Assembly (NCBI GenBank): GCA_050273025.1
Contig: CP158635.1
Span: forward strand, 19,840,001-19,904,000
Reading direction: 5' to 3'
DNA: 64,000 nt
Source of the DNA: Cenococcum geophilum
Lineage: Eukaryota
Shown: positions 14,309-25,715 of the stretch, piece after piece
Numbering within the stretch: position 1 is the first letter of the stretch
Layout: the number at the start of each line of letters is the position of its first letter
Notes under the pieces: model-generated
The model's database searches: none
Seen by the model: only the letters and a program-made list of their open reading frames with translations
Told to the model about the DNA's origin: nothing
Position numbers and translations under genes: made by a program

Positions 14309-15429
14309 TTATAATTACTAGTATTATTATTATACTACTAGGTAGTACTTAAGGGCCTATAAGGTAAGTCTATCCGGAATAATAATTATCTAGTATATAG
14401 GATGCTTCTATATCCGTACCTAAATATCTAGTACTTATTTAAACGTATATCTACTATAAAAGGTAGTAGGAGGTTTTATATCTTATATTATAAGTTTATA
14501 TAATTAATAGTATTTTATAGTATTTTATAGCATATTAGGGCATATTAGGGTATTTTAGGATAGTAGATATATTATATATACCTAGCATCTAGCCGCTTAG
14601 CAATATTAACTTATCTTACTATTTATCTATTTAGTATTATATAAGAGGTTAGTATTCTACTATAGTATTTACTGCGTTAGAGTCTCTTATATTTAATATC
14701 TCTATTTTAGATCTATTTAAAATTATATATAGTTTTATAATATCCCGCTCCCTACCTAGTACTCTAGTAAGAGATTATTTAGCTAATAATACCTTTTCTC
14801 TTACTAATTAAGGGAGGAAAAGGCTTATACTTTCTAGCAGTAGTAGGCTATACTTATTAGTAATATTTTTAATAGATTATAGTATTTAAGTTTTCGTTTA
14901 CCTATAACGTAATTAGTCTACCTATAGTAAAGTACTTTTACTTTACTACTTACTTCTCTTTTCCCTTACCCTTCTATATATTTATATACTTATATTATAA
15001 ACTATAAGAGCTTAATAGTACTAGACTATCGCCTAGCCTATATTAAGAGATAGGCTAGATAGGGTAGTCCCCGTAACTTATACTATACTACATCTTCCTC
15101 TATAGGTTAGTCTTATTACTATAGATTTACCTTTATACGCGTTTAACCTATAGAGTATATAACCGTATATATTGCCGCCAAGGCCTTATATATATAATTT
15201 TATTAGGGCGTGCCTTATTTCCTTATCTTTACTAGTTAACCTAACTCTACTAACTACCCTCCCTTACTCCTACCCTACTAGTATCTACCTCTATAACTAG
15301 TGCCTTTATAGATCTATCTAGGCTATAGAGCCTTATAATATAGTAAGTTAGCTGCCTTATCTTTAACCTTAGCTATATAATAGAGAATCTATATTTACTA
15401 ATATATTTATATAAACTACCGCTTAATAT

Positions 15430-18400
15430 AACCTGCCACTAAAATAGACCTACCCACTAATTATTTTATAACTCGCGATATTAACTATATCTATAACCAC
15501 AAAAAGTTTACTAAGGGCGTTATAATTTTAAGATTGCCTTAACTATAGTGGCTATAGGCTCTAGTATCTCGCAAGGCAATGATAAGGGCCCTATACTTAA
15601 TAAGCCTCTTCTTCTAGAGCTTAGTAGTCTATACCTCTTAGCTAATAACACTTTAAAATACTATCTCTATCTATCTACCGGCTATATATGCGCTAATTAT
15701 CCTCTTAAGAAAGCTTCTTAACTTTATTGCGGCTATAGTAAGGCCGGTTATCTTAAAGCCAACTGCCTTAACCCTATATATAATAATTATAGGGAAGCCA
15801 GTTATCTTAAGAGTAACTATCCTTATATAACGTGTAACTAATATAGTACTATAGGTCATAGAAAGCGAGACTATCCCTAGCTATTAGATAAGAAGAAGCG
15901 GACTTACCTAAACTATAACTCCCTAGACTATTAAACTATCTTCTATAGTTAGGTATATAAAAACTACGGAGTTATGGGGTATAATATTAATAATTATATA
16001 AGTAGGCCTACTTTAATTTAGGCGATAAACGCTGTAACCGCTCTAGGCAAGGTAGATGTACTAGGTACTACCGCTTTAAGTATAGCTACTACCTCTCTGT
16101 CGCCTAAACCCCTTAATATAGTCGGCTTCTATCTAGTAGTAGATAGCCTAGTAGATAATCTAGACACCTACATAGAGGATAGCAATTCTATAATGGCCGA
16201 ACCTTTAAATGCACTCTAGCTTCTAAGTAATAACTACCTTATAGTTTAGTTTATTACGCAAATTATTAAAGAGTATATTATAGTATATAGTATTATATTC
16301 TAGGTATTTTATAAGGCTAGTAGAATACCTACTTACCGTTTATATAAGATAGCGTCTATCTAATTTACGGATGCTAATATCGCTAGCAACGTTAAGGTTA
16401 GTACTATTAATGCTACTTCTCTAGTTACTTAACAACTATTATATCTAACCACGCTTAAGTATCTTACTTACATTCTCCCGCAAGATGCTATAACCCTATA
16501 ACTTTACTATATTAGGTTTATTGCCGCCTTTAATAAACTCGTACTAGGTACGCGCACGCTGCTTAGTAAGTACTTCTTTATTAATAGGGACTTCGGCCTA
16601 TTTACGCTACAAATCTATAAAGCCTAGGATATGCTATTAAATAATTCTACGGTTATTATCCACTTCTTTATACTAGGCACTAAATAGCTTAATAGTTATA
16701 TCGTGAGCCTAAACGCGAGCCTATAATAGTAGAGCGTTAATAATCCTTTAGGTTGCTAGTAGAAGAACTATAATATAAATGTCTAGCCTAGTATATAGCT
16801 CTTAGTAGAGGACTAACCATCGTACAAAATCCCCGCGAGGTATTAGTTTAATAGTATTCTTAAGTATTTTGCGGTCTAGTTCTATACCGCAGTTATAAGC
16901 CTTAAGGTTGTTAACTAGAACCCCTAGGTACCTACTATTATTTATCTTATTACCTTCCTAGGTAGCGCAAACTAAGTCTACTACGCTGCCATCCAAATAG
17001 TTAATAGTCTTACCCTTCGCACTAACTCTATTATTAATATTTTATTTCTAGGTAAAGACGTAGATAGTTAGGCTAGCTAGAAAGGAGTTATTATTAATAC
17101 TACTCCCTTTAGCTCCGGCTATAACTACTATACTTTTATCTTTTAACTATAGGTAGGTTATAAGTTTATACTAAATCCTATATTTACTCTAGAGCATATC
17201 CTAAGCAGCGATAACTTTATAATAGTTAATAACCTAAGTAAGGCCCTAATTACGGTATAGGGTATTAAATATCTTATAACTAAGCGTATCCCTAAGGTTA
17301 GAATCTCCCAAGAGATTAATACTCTACGCCACCTATAGTAAGGAGGCGATAGTTTCTATATTAAGCGCTAAATTACGCTATCTAATAACTTTATAGATCT
17401 CTCGCGTATTAATTACTTTAACTATAATATTGCTAAGTAGAGGAAGAACTTGGTTAATAATGCCCTTAAGGCCGTCTTACCGCTACTTAATAAAGAGTAA
17501 ATAGGTGCCTATACTACGCTTAAATATATAATAATAATAATAATAATAATTCATTGCTTAACGTCCGATTCGGATCCCTATTGGGCCCACGCAGACTACT
17601 CCTTATATACATATGGGGAGAAAACTCTATTTGAGAAAACCCCGTAATCTATCTCCCCGCCTTTTAGGACTCGCCTATAGGGCGCCTGCGAGGCGCCTGC
17701 GAGTCACCTGTGGTGCTCCTACTACCTTACTTTTTAACCTCCTTAGGAACCACTGCTGCCGTAATAAGCCTACGGACGCGCTAGTATCGCAAACTTTACT
17801 CTACTGCTATAGAGTTATTAGGGGGCACCCGTTACTCACCCCCCTACCTTTTATTACTATTTCCTTTATAACCCGGAACTGGTTTAGTATATTTTAGCTA
17901 ATAAGCCACTAGGTAACCGCCTTAAGGCCTTTTTATATTAAGAGCAGTGTCTTATAGTTCTCTATACTAGCTACTAAGAGCATTACTTCTTGGTTAGTAT
18001 ATAAGGGGCATAGCAGTATTACGTGCTTTAGTGTCTATCTTAGCCAGCTATATTTGCATCTTAGGCTACCTACTAGGACACCCACCTAGTAGAGCCAGTC
18101 TTTTAGTCCTATTACTCCTGTTCTTAAGAGTATTACTATTATATTTTCTACCTTTGTTAGGCCTTTTTAGAGCCCTAGAGTATTTACCCCCTATAGCGTT
18201 AACTATACTACAGCTTAGGTTCTTTTTGCCTTAGTTAACCTCTATACCTTTAACTCCCATATACCTTTCTAGCGTTGGTCCAGCTAGTATTATATTACGG
18301 TAGTTAGTTTCCCGGCGTTCTTTTATACTTTACTTTAGCTCTTTTCTCTCTCTTATTGTTGTCCTTACTAGCCTCTTACGCGTTTTTCTTTCTCCTCTAT

Positions 18401-20848
18401 ATAGGCCTGGGCCCTAAAGCAGCACCATTCTTCTTCTGCTTTCTTTACCTGTTTCTCTAATATATCTTCCCTACTTTAGGGTTATTGGTTTGTTCTCCTA
18501 TAAGGCGCCCTAAGGTCCCTCTATAGTTTATTTAGGCGTGTCTTAATATACTTTATAACATTAAAGTTGCGTTCCTTTTGCGCCCTTTATATTGCAGCGG
18601 CTTCAATATATAGTTATAGGGGGGGAATATTAGCTTCCTTCTTAAGCAGTGCTGTGGCCGTTCGCTTATATCCGCCTATTATACTCTAAAGGCAGGCTAT
18701 TTAGACCTTTTAGAGTGGTTTAAGGAGCGATTTGGGGGGGCCTTTCTCAGATTCTCCAATGGCCTAAATACTGGACCTATACGTCATGGTTGGCCGGACA
18801 ACTGCTGTGTATAGTAGGCGTAACCTCTAGAAGCATAGGCCCTATATAGAACGCTTAAATATATAATAGGCGGTATTTTACTAATCTAAGGCCCTAGTAA
18901 TATTAGGAAATTAACCTTTCTAACTATTTTAGTATAATACTAGTATTAACTTAGGTTACCCTAATAGGATCCTACTAGAATCTAGGTCTTATTACCGCTT
19001 AATTACCAACTATATATACTAGCTAAGACAATTAATAATATACTTATAGAGGACTACGAGGCACTAATTACGTAAGGCCGTCTCGCTAAATTTCCTATTA
19101 TCCTTCGCCGTTATATACGCTTAATGGAAACTAAGGTCTATATACGGGATGCCGTTATATAGTAAATAGCGATAGGTATTAATACTCGTCTTAAGTATTT
19201 TAAGAAATAGGATAACTATGCTATAATTAACAAGGACGCATCTATACTAAATATAGCATTCCTGCTCTACCGTACGTTTAAGGCTAGTAATACCACCAGC
19301 TTTAATAAGCGGTTATAGGTTATAGATTTATCTAAAGGTTAGTAGCTGTTACACCTTATAGGTGTCCTAGATAGTAACGGAAACCTATATTCTATTATAG
19401 ACCCTAATATAACTAAATACGTTAAATTCCGCCAATACTTGTATTAATTTATACTTAATAATAATATAACGTAAGATAATAAGATGGGAATAACACTTGC
19501 GGCTAATATAGTTATTATAGACCTGGCTAAGAAGGCTAATATTATTCTTATAATACCTAATATAGTCTTGCAGACCTATATATATTCTATTAGCGCTATA
19601 TATATAGTTTTCTATAATAAGGCTAAAAAGGCGTCTAAGCTAGGTAGTCTTACTAGATTTACCTAAAGTAGACTATATTTAATCTAGAGAGGTCTATAAA
19701 TCTAGACTAGTAACCCTATACCTTAGGTTCTCCTTAGTAATATATACTAACTAAAACTAATCCTTAATCCCAATTTTAATAATCTATTCTACTATTAAAA
19801 ATCTATCTCCCTTTATACGCGTCTCCTTGCGGCTAGTATAGATATAGTATAGTTCTTACTGTAATATTAATTTGTTAAAGATATTATATATCTCGTAAAT
19901 GCTGTTTTACCGCACGGCTAGCTTTAGATAAGCCTAATAGTTAAGGACCAAGAGTAGTTAAAGCTGGCGGCGAGCTTTTTTAAAGATGTGCTGCGCTATA
20001 ACCACCCTATCGCGTTTCTTACCATTAATAGTACTATATAGGTAAATAAGTTTAGCTAATTAATGTATAACCTAGTCTACGCTTAACGCGTATTCTAGGT
20101 AGCTATAGCGCTAATAGACTTTAGATTTAAGCTATTAGAGGTTAGCCTTACCGTTTTGTATATAGCTTAACTTGCCATCTACTCTATGGCGCTATATACG
20201 CTTAAAGAATAGTACTACGCCTAGTAAGATGGTAGTAAGTAGCGGGAATTTACGCCAGTAGTTAGCGAGATTAAGGTCTTTACTGTTAACGGTATCTAAG
20301 GCGGCTAGGTAGAGTTATTAGTATATAATATAATAGTTGCCGGTCCGCTAAAATTTGTCTAGGATATAGCAAGGAACCTTTTTATAATTACTAGACTATA
20401 AGCGGGCCTTATTATTGTTAGTAGTCCCTAGGTAGTCTATAATTATTATACTAGTAATAAGACCTTTATAAATACCACGTACTATAAAATTAAGAAGTAG
20501 TATAAGGATAATAAGGTATTTATTAACCTTAAGAATCCTAAGTTGAAAGAGAACTTCTAGCAACTTATCGCCCTATTTAACGTTAATAAAACTATATAGT
20601 ATATCTACCGCTAGCGTATAGCCGATTATACGCCCATTTCGTATAGTATAGACGTTAACTTTAATATTGCTATCCCTAACTTCGCGGGTATAATAAATAT
20701 TAGCGGTACTAGTAATTATACCGAAGCGTAGAACGAGGCCGATAGAGAGGGCGCTAATAATAACGGCTAGGACGGTACCGGTAATAATAGTAAGAATAAT
20801 AATAATAGAGAGGATATTAGTGGTGTTAGAATATAAGGAGAGTAGTAA
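15430..20848 (+). pseudogene. CCHC zinc-knuckle array + UPF1/DNA2/NAM7-like superfamily-1 helicase, RIP-inactivated and interrupted by a LINE
   Basis: De-RIPed 15660-16000 gives CxxCGEAGHLKANC, CNNCGEAGHLESDC, CDQCGTVGHGKRDC and CENCGVMGHNIDNC. The frame is continuous across the LINE: LNKEQ..AY...LIQGP..(T)GKST (18881-18916). Then come FYDEAEKASE (~19610), VLLGDTHQL (~19730), SLYARL...QHRF (~19810-19875), TVDGIQGGQ (~20282) and MITRPQAGLIIVGS (~20385-20425), followed by an acidic Gly/Asn tail. Confidence 0.8.
17534..18850 (-). mobile_element. 5'-truncated Tad1-like LINE with (ATT)n tail and ~18-bp TSD
   Basis: TSD ACGCTTAAATATATAATA at 17516-17533 and 18851-18868. A (TAA)n run lies at the left end. 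ORF2 C-terminal relics include LYTAVVRPTMTY and CxCG...TLKHVILLCP. A near-identical copy starts at 61858. Confidence 0.9.
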
Positions 20849-21439
20849 GAACGGATATTATAGACTTTATTAGTAGTAAGACCCTTAAATAGGGACACTA
20901 GATAGAAGTTAAGAGCGGCAGTAGCTATAGGCCTTTAGTATTTATAATTTTGCTATAGTATTAGATAAAATACGGTATATTATAATATTATATATTATAG
21001 CTAAATAGAATAGACTTTCAATAATTATAATCTCTAAAATAGATAAGCGTATTATAATAAAGACGGCTTAATTTATAAAGTCTAGTAACCCTAATTTATA
21101 TCCCTTATAGGCTAGCGGTTAATTAATACTAATCTATAATCTAGATTTTAAGTACTTAACTAGTTAGATTATAGTCTAGATATCTCGCTAATAACTATAA
21201 CTAGTTAGCTAGCTACGAGCTTTAGCCTTTATAGCTAACTAACTGCGTTAAGTAGATTGCTCGCTGTTCGCTAACTATTAGGCTATTAGCTAGCTGTTCT
21301 AATTAGGTAAGTAGTATAGCTAGCGGAGCCTTTAGTAGAGCCTCTAACCTAGTTTTAGCGCGTACCATATTTAACTAAGGGTTTACTAATCTATAATAAT
21401 TCTAGCTTAAAGCTAGACTCTATAATTAATTTCCCTAGC

Positions 21440-21710
21440 TACTAAAGCTTTACTAGGGGCTTAGTATAGAGCTCTACTAAAGGTTCTACTAGGAGCTCTA
21501 CTAGAGAGGCTCTATAAAGCTCCCTTAAAGCTCTATATAAAGCTCTACTAAGACTTTATATAGAGCTCTATAGAAACTCTATATAGAGCTCTATGGAAAC
21601 TCTATATAGAGCTCTATGGAAACTCTATATAGAGCTCTATTGAAGTTCTATACGGAGCTCTACTAAAGCTCTATACTAAAGCTCTATATAGAGCTCTACT
21701 AAAAGCTTTA
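21440..21710. repeat. Degenerate tandem array of ~11/22-bp AGCTCTATATAG / AAACTCTATATAGAGCTCTATGG units
   Basis: Directly visible. Three near-perfect 22-bp copies lie at about 21575-21640. Confidence 0.85.
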
Positions 21711-22028
21711 ACTTACCACTAAATCTTACTACTAAGGGAGAGCAGTAAGAGAAAAGATACTAGAATAGTAGAAAAATAACTGGCAGTAGAATAAGAATAA
21801 AGGAAAATACTATACTAGGATCTATAAGGGGAGCCATTCCTTTTCTCTTAAAGCCCCTAAGGATAAATATCCTAAAAGGCTATAATTGGCTTTCTTCTAG
21901 CTAAAGCTAGGAAAAGGCTATTTTAAATCCTTTACTAAAGTAATAGGAGAGGATAAAGAAAGTAGATGCTTTAGGGAATGTAGAGCATTACAAACCCCTA
22001 GGTACCTACTACTAGACTGTAACCTATA

Positions 22029-23546
22029 TGTTACGGAAGTAGGCACGAGCTGGAATACAATGTACTAAACAGAGTAGTAATTAAAGAAGGCTACGTACGC
22101 GTAACTATGCGTGGTTAATACAAAGACATTTGGATAAAGAAGAAGATTCTTCGTGTACCAGGTTGGGTATAAATAGGGGTTGTAGGGGAACGTGCGTAGG
22201 TGTCTCGGGACGAATATAAGCACGGGTTAAGAACGTCAAAACGCGCAGGGACGTGAGAGCGTGTGAGTCCCGTAACAGTACCCCCCCCTTACTTCCGAGC
22301 TCCTGCGAGGTGTGTCGTGTCATATATACCAGAAAAAAACCCAATACGGGAAAAAAAAAAAATTTTATTAGCCTTCTCCGCCCTTCTACGTCCTCCGTTG
22401 CACAGGCTCCTCCAGTTCAGTCCTTCTATGTTTAATCGTTAGGCCACTGACTTGTCAGGCCTAAAGCATAGCCCAGCTTCCGTCGCCAGCTATACTCCTG
22501 TTCTCGCCGCTTGGAGACGTATTGCTGAAGCTTATATAGTCCCTTTCTCGCTTCTAGCAGCTCTACGGCCTTCCCTTCTTATACTCCAGGTCCCCCTAAA
22601 AAATTACCCCAATTTTTGGTCCAAAATGGGCGTTTTAGGCAGTATTTATCGGCCTAAACGGTAGTATAGTACGGTGTTCGTGGTCGTGGCAAGGCATATT
22701 CTTAGCAGGTTCTTGTTGATGCGGTGCAGTATTCATATCGTAGGCAGGTTCTTATCGGTAGCAGTACGGTGCTAGCGTTAGGTTCGGGTTCCGTAGGTAT
22801 ATCGGCACGGGATCTTATCAGATTTGGGTAGCAGTACGGTACTAGCAACGTGTTCGGGTTAGGTTGTAGGCTTATCGGCACAACGGGTTATTGGGTTTGT
22901 TTCGCAGGCATAGCGGCGCAAGGTCTTGTTGGTACGTAGGGCAGTGCGTGTAGGTCGGTAGGACAGTAGTAAGATACCAGCTTCCGTGTTCGTGTTCGTG
23001 TTCGTGTAGCAGTAGGATGCGAGCCATTAGGTCAAACTGAGGGGCAGTAACGTGCCTGTTCGTAAGCGGTAGCAGTAGGGTGTAAGCCATCGAGGTCGCA
23101 GGCGTATTGGCGCGGTGTTTTATTATCAGGTCCGTATGCAAATTGGCGCGGAGACTTGTCGTACCAGTTTAGAACCCCAGCGTCCTAGTCTACCCGCAGC
23201 CAGTAGCTCCTGTATCTACCCCGTAGGCGTAGAAAGGCATACTCCGCGACTAGTAGCCCACAGGCCCGCTAGGTATAGAAAAGGGATCCAAATGTAGTGT
23301 TACGGAAGTGGGTATAAGCTGGAATACAATATACTAAACAGGGTAGTAATTAAAGAAGGCTACGTACGCGTAACTATGCGTGGTTGATACAAAGATATTT
23401 GGATAAAGAAGAAGATTCTTCGTGTGCCAGGTTGGGTATAAATAGGGGTTGTAGGGGAACGTGCGTAGGTGTCTCGGGACGAACGTGAGCACGGGTCAAG
23501 AACGTTAAAACGCGCAGGGACGTGAGAGCGTGTGAGTCCCGTGACA
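22029..23546 (-). mobile_element. Non-autonomous LTR retroelement (TRIM-like), 1518 bp
   Basis: Two 249-bp LTRs (22029-22277 and 23298-23546), both TG...CA. 5-bp TSD CTATA on both sides. Poly-C tract (minus-strand PPT) at 22281-22288. The 1020-bp internal region has no RT or integrase motifs. Confidence 0.92.
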
Positions 23547-24009
23547 CTATATAGGGAAGAAAGAAGAGAAATGTAGAAGAAACTAGGCTCTTCTCTCTCT
23601 CTAAAGAAGCTATTTTGCATACAAAAAGGAAGAGAGGCGCTTTTTCTATTTCTAAGTAGGACAGAGATAGCTATTAGAAAGTGGCTAATAACAGCAGGAT
23701 CTATAGGAGGTAACTCCTACTAGGCTCCTAGTAAAGAGATATTAGTAAGTAAAAGGTCAGAAATAAATTACAAAAGGTCAGGGATAGGCGTTAGGACTTC
23801 TTATTTCTTATAGTTTTCTACCGTTTTCTTATTCCCTAGTAGTTGCTTATAACTTAGTATTTTACTAAGGAACTATAAACCCCTAGCTTAGGGGCTTATA
23901 AACTACTAGGACATAGTTACTAGTACATGTTAAGCTGCCCTAAGGGATTTATATATATAGGACTATAGCGCCATAGCCTAGAGGCTGCATGCGTAGTATT
24001 GTACGTAGT

Positions 24010-25234
24010 ATAATACAATGGATATATATAAAATAAAAATAAAAAGAGTACTTTTTAAAAATTATTAGTAAGATTCAGCCTTAAATCTATTTTACTAAAT
24101 TAATTAATAGCATTTTTAAAGCTGTAGGTCTTTTACTTTTTAATCCTAAATACGTATTAAGGTGCTATACTAAGTAGATTTCATTTAATTAACTATTTAT
24201 ACCACTTTTAGATATATAAGTAACGCTTTTATTCTCACCTTTATATCTTTATATACCTTAAACCTATACTAATTTAGCTTAATACGCCTATACAATTCTT
24301 TACCTTAAAACTATACCTAAGGCGGCTGAGATTATTAAAAAAGAATACAAAGTTAATAGAGGTTAAAGCTACTAACTTTTACAATTCTACTGTAAAGAGG
24401 AATAAAAGGAAGTAAAAGAAGTAAATTATACTTTTTTTATAAATTAATACTTACTACTAAGACAATAAGGGCAGTTATTGCTACTAAAGAGATTACTAAA
24501 AAGCTTAAAAAAGGCACTAAAATTGTACAAGAGTAAACTTTAAAAAAACTGCTAAGCTACTATTATAATTATTGAAGAGCAAATTAAAGTTAAAAAGAAG
24601 ATTTATATTATTATTATAAAGCTTAAGAAGGCTGCTAATTAATACTAAAGGGAGGCTAATAAGGCTAAAAAGGTAGTAAAGAAAGTATAGAAGGCCTTTT
24701 AGACTGCATCCAGTATATATAAAAGAAGCCTACTAAGGATGTTTTATAAGTAGTAATTTAGGTAGTTAAAGGTATAATATTTATATAAGTTACTACTAAA
24801 TAGCTTTAAGAATAAGCTAAGGTGTTACTTAATACTATCTATACTGCTTTAGCATACTATAAAAAACTTATTATAGCTTTAAAGAGGATTAAGGAGGCAG
24901 CTGCTTAACTAGACAAGCTACTTAATAAGGAGGATAATAAGGAAGATAGTACCTTAAGTAATAAAAAGGCCTTAAATATAGATTTTAATCTACCAACTTA
25001 TAGTTATATAAGCCTTTTAAGCAATTAGCTGCCTAATATATTATTAAAAGTCAATATAAACTCTCTCCTATATATATTTAAGGCTTCATTTGAGTTTAAT
25101 AATAAAATAATGCTTTGCGATGGTTTTTGCTAGCAATTTACCTACAAATGGGCATTCGGCAGTATTTTAGTGTTCCAAAGACGGTTAGATTTCCCTCATA
25201 ACCTGGTGGACCGTCATAACCAGGTGACCCACAT
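24010..25234 (+). mobile_element. 3' half of a pogo/Fot1-like (Tc1-mariner) DNA transposon, RIPed
   Basis: De-RIPed translation K.AFLEIISKIRPQIYS.KSI.S.FEAAGL.PFDPEHVL resembles the DDE_1 C-terminus and is followed by a Lys/Glu-rich tail. The terminal segment TCATAACCTGGTGGACCGTCATAACCAGGTGACCCACAT, with an internal direct repeat, is followed by TA. Confidence 0.65.
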
Positions 25235-25715
25235 TATGCCATTCGCGAAATATCCCGCCACTTGTCGAGCGGAGTAGCCAGGCAGTGGCAATGTTAGCGG
25301 GGAGGCGATGGTTGCCAAGCGCGACGACTGGTCAGATGCTAGTGGCGGCTACTCATCCGAAAATTGGTTCATAGCAATTCACACACATCTTGACCCCTTT
25401 GTGGTTGTACTTGTGATGATCGTTTGCTAGCCCCCGGGGGGGGGAGTGGAAGAAAGACGATTAAGAGAGTTATTCTCGAATGAAGATAGTACTTTTGAAG
25501 AATAGAAAGTATATAGTTGACATGGGTACATGCTGATAAATTAGCAAATTTATGCAAATTCACAACTTGCGCGCGTGCTATATAGTGACTCTAAAACATA
25601 ATTCCTGCCAGAAAGGTTCCGGCGGTCTTCGAAATATCTTAATCTTCACGAAACGACATCCGGAAAACATTCCGACGGAACCCTTGCTGCTTGGTATGGG
25701 CTTAACTTCCGGATT

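Larger units (their letters stand above)
8372..24000. mobile_element. Putative large unclassified repetitive unit carrying two divergent helicase genes; right boundary approximate
   Basis: Starts abruptly inside a Gypsy pol with TACGTTAGGGAAAAAATTTACTAGCATTTT, a sequence that recurs at 31337. Tandem-repeat arrays lie near both ends. It is uniformly RIPed and contains later LINE and LTR insertions. Confidence 0.5.

Noticed and set aside
22029..23546. Retrozyme (hammerhead ribozyme in the LTRs)
   Set aside because: No CTGA.GA...GAAA core was seen on either strand of the LTRs by eye. An Infernal search would be definitive.
8372..24000. Starship, Helitron or Academ assignment
   Set aside because: I recognised no tyrosine-recombinase captain, HUH-Rep/PIF1 or RecQ/transposase motifs. 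The helicases are SNF2-type and UPF1-type. RIP could hide a divergent domain.
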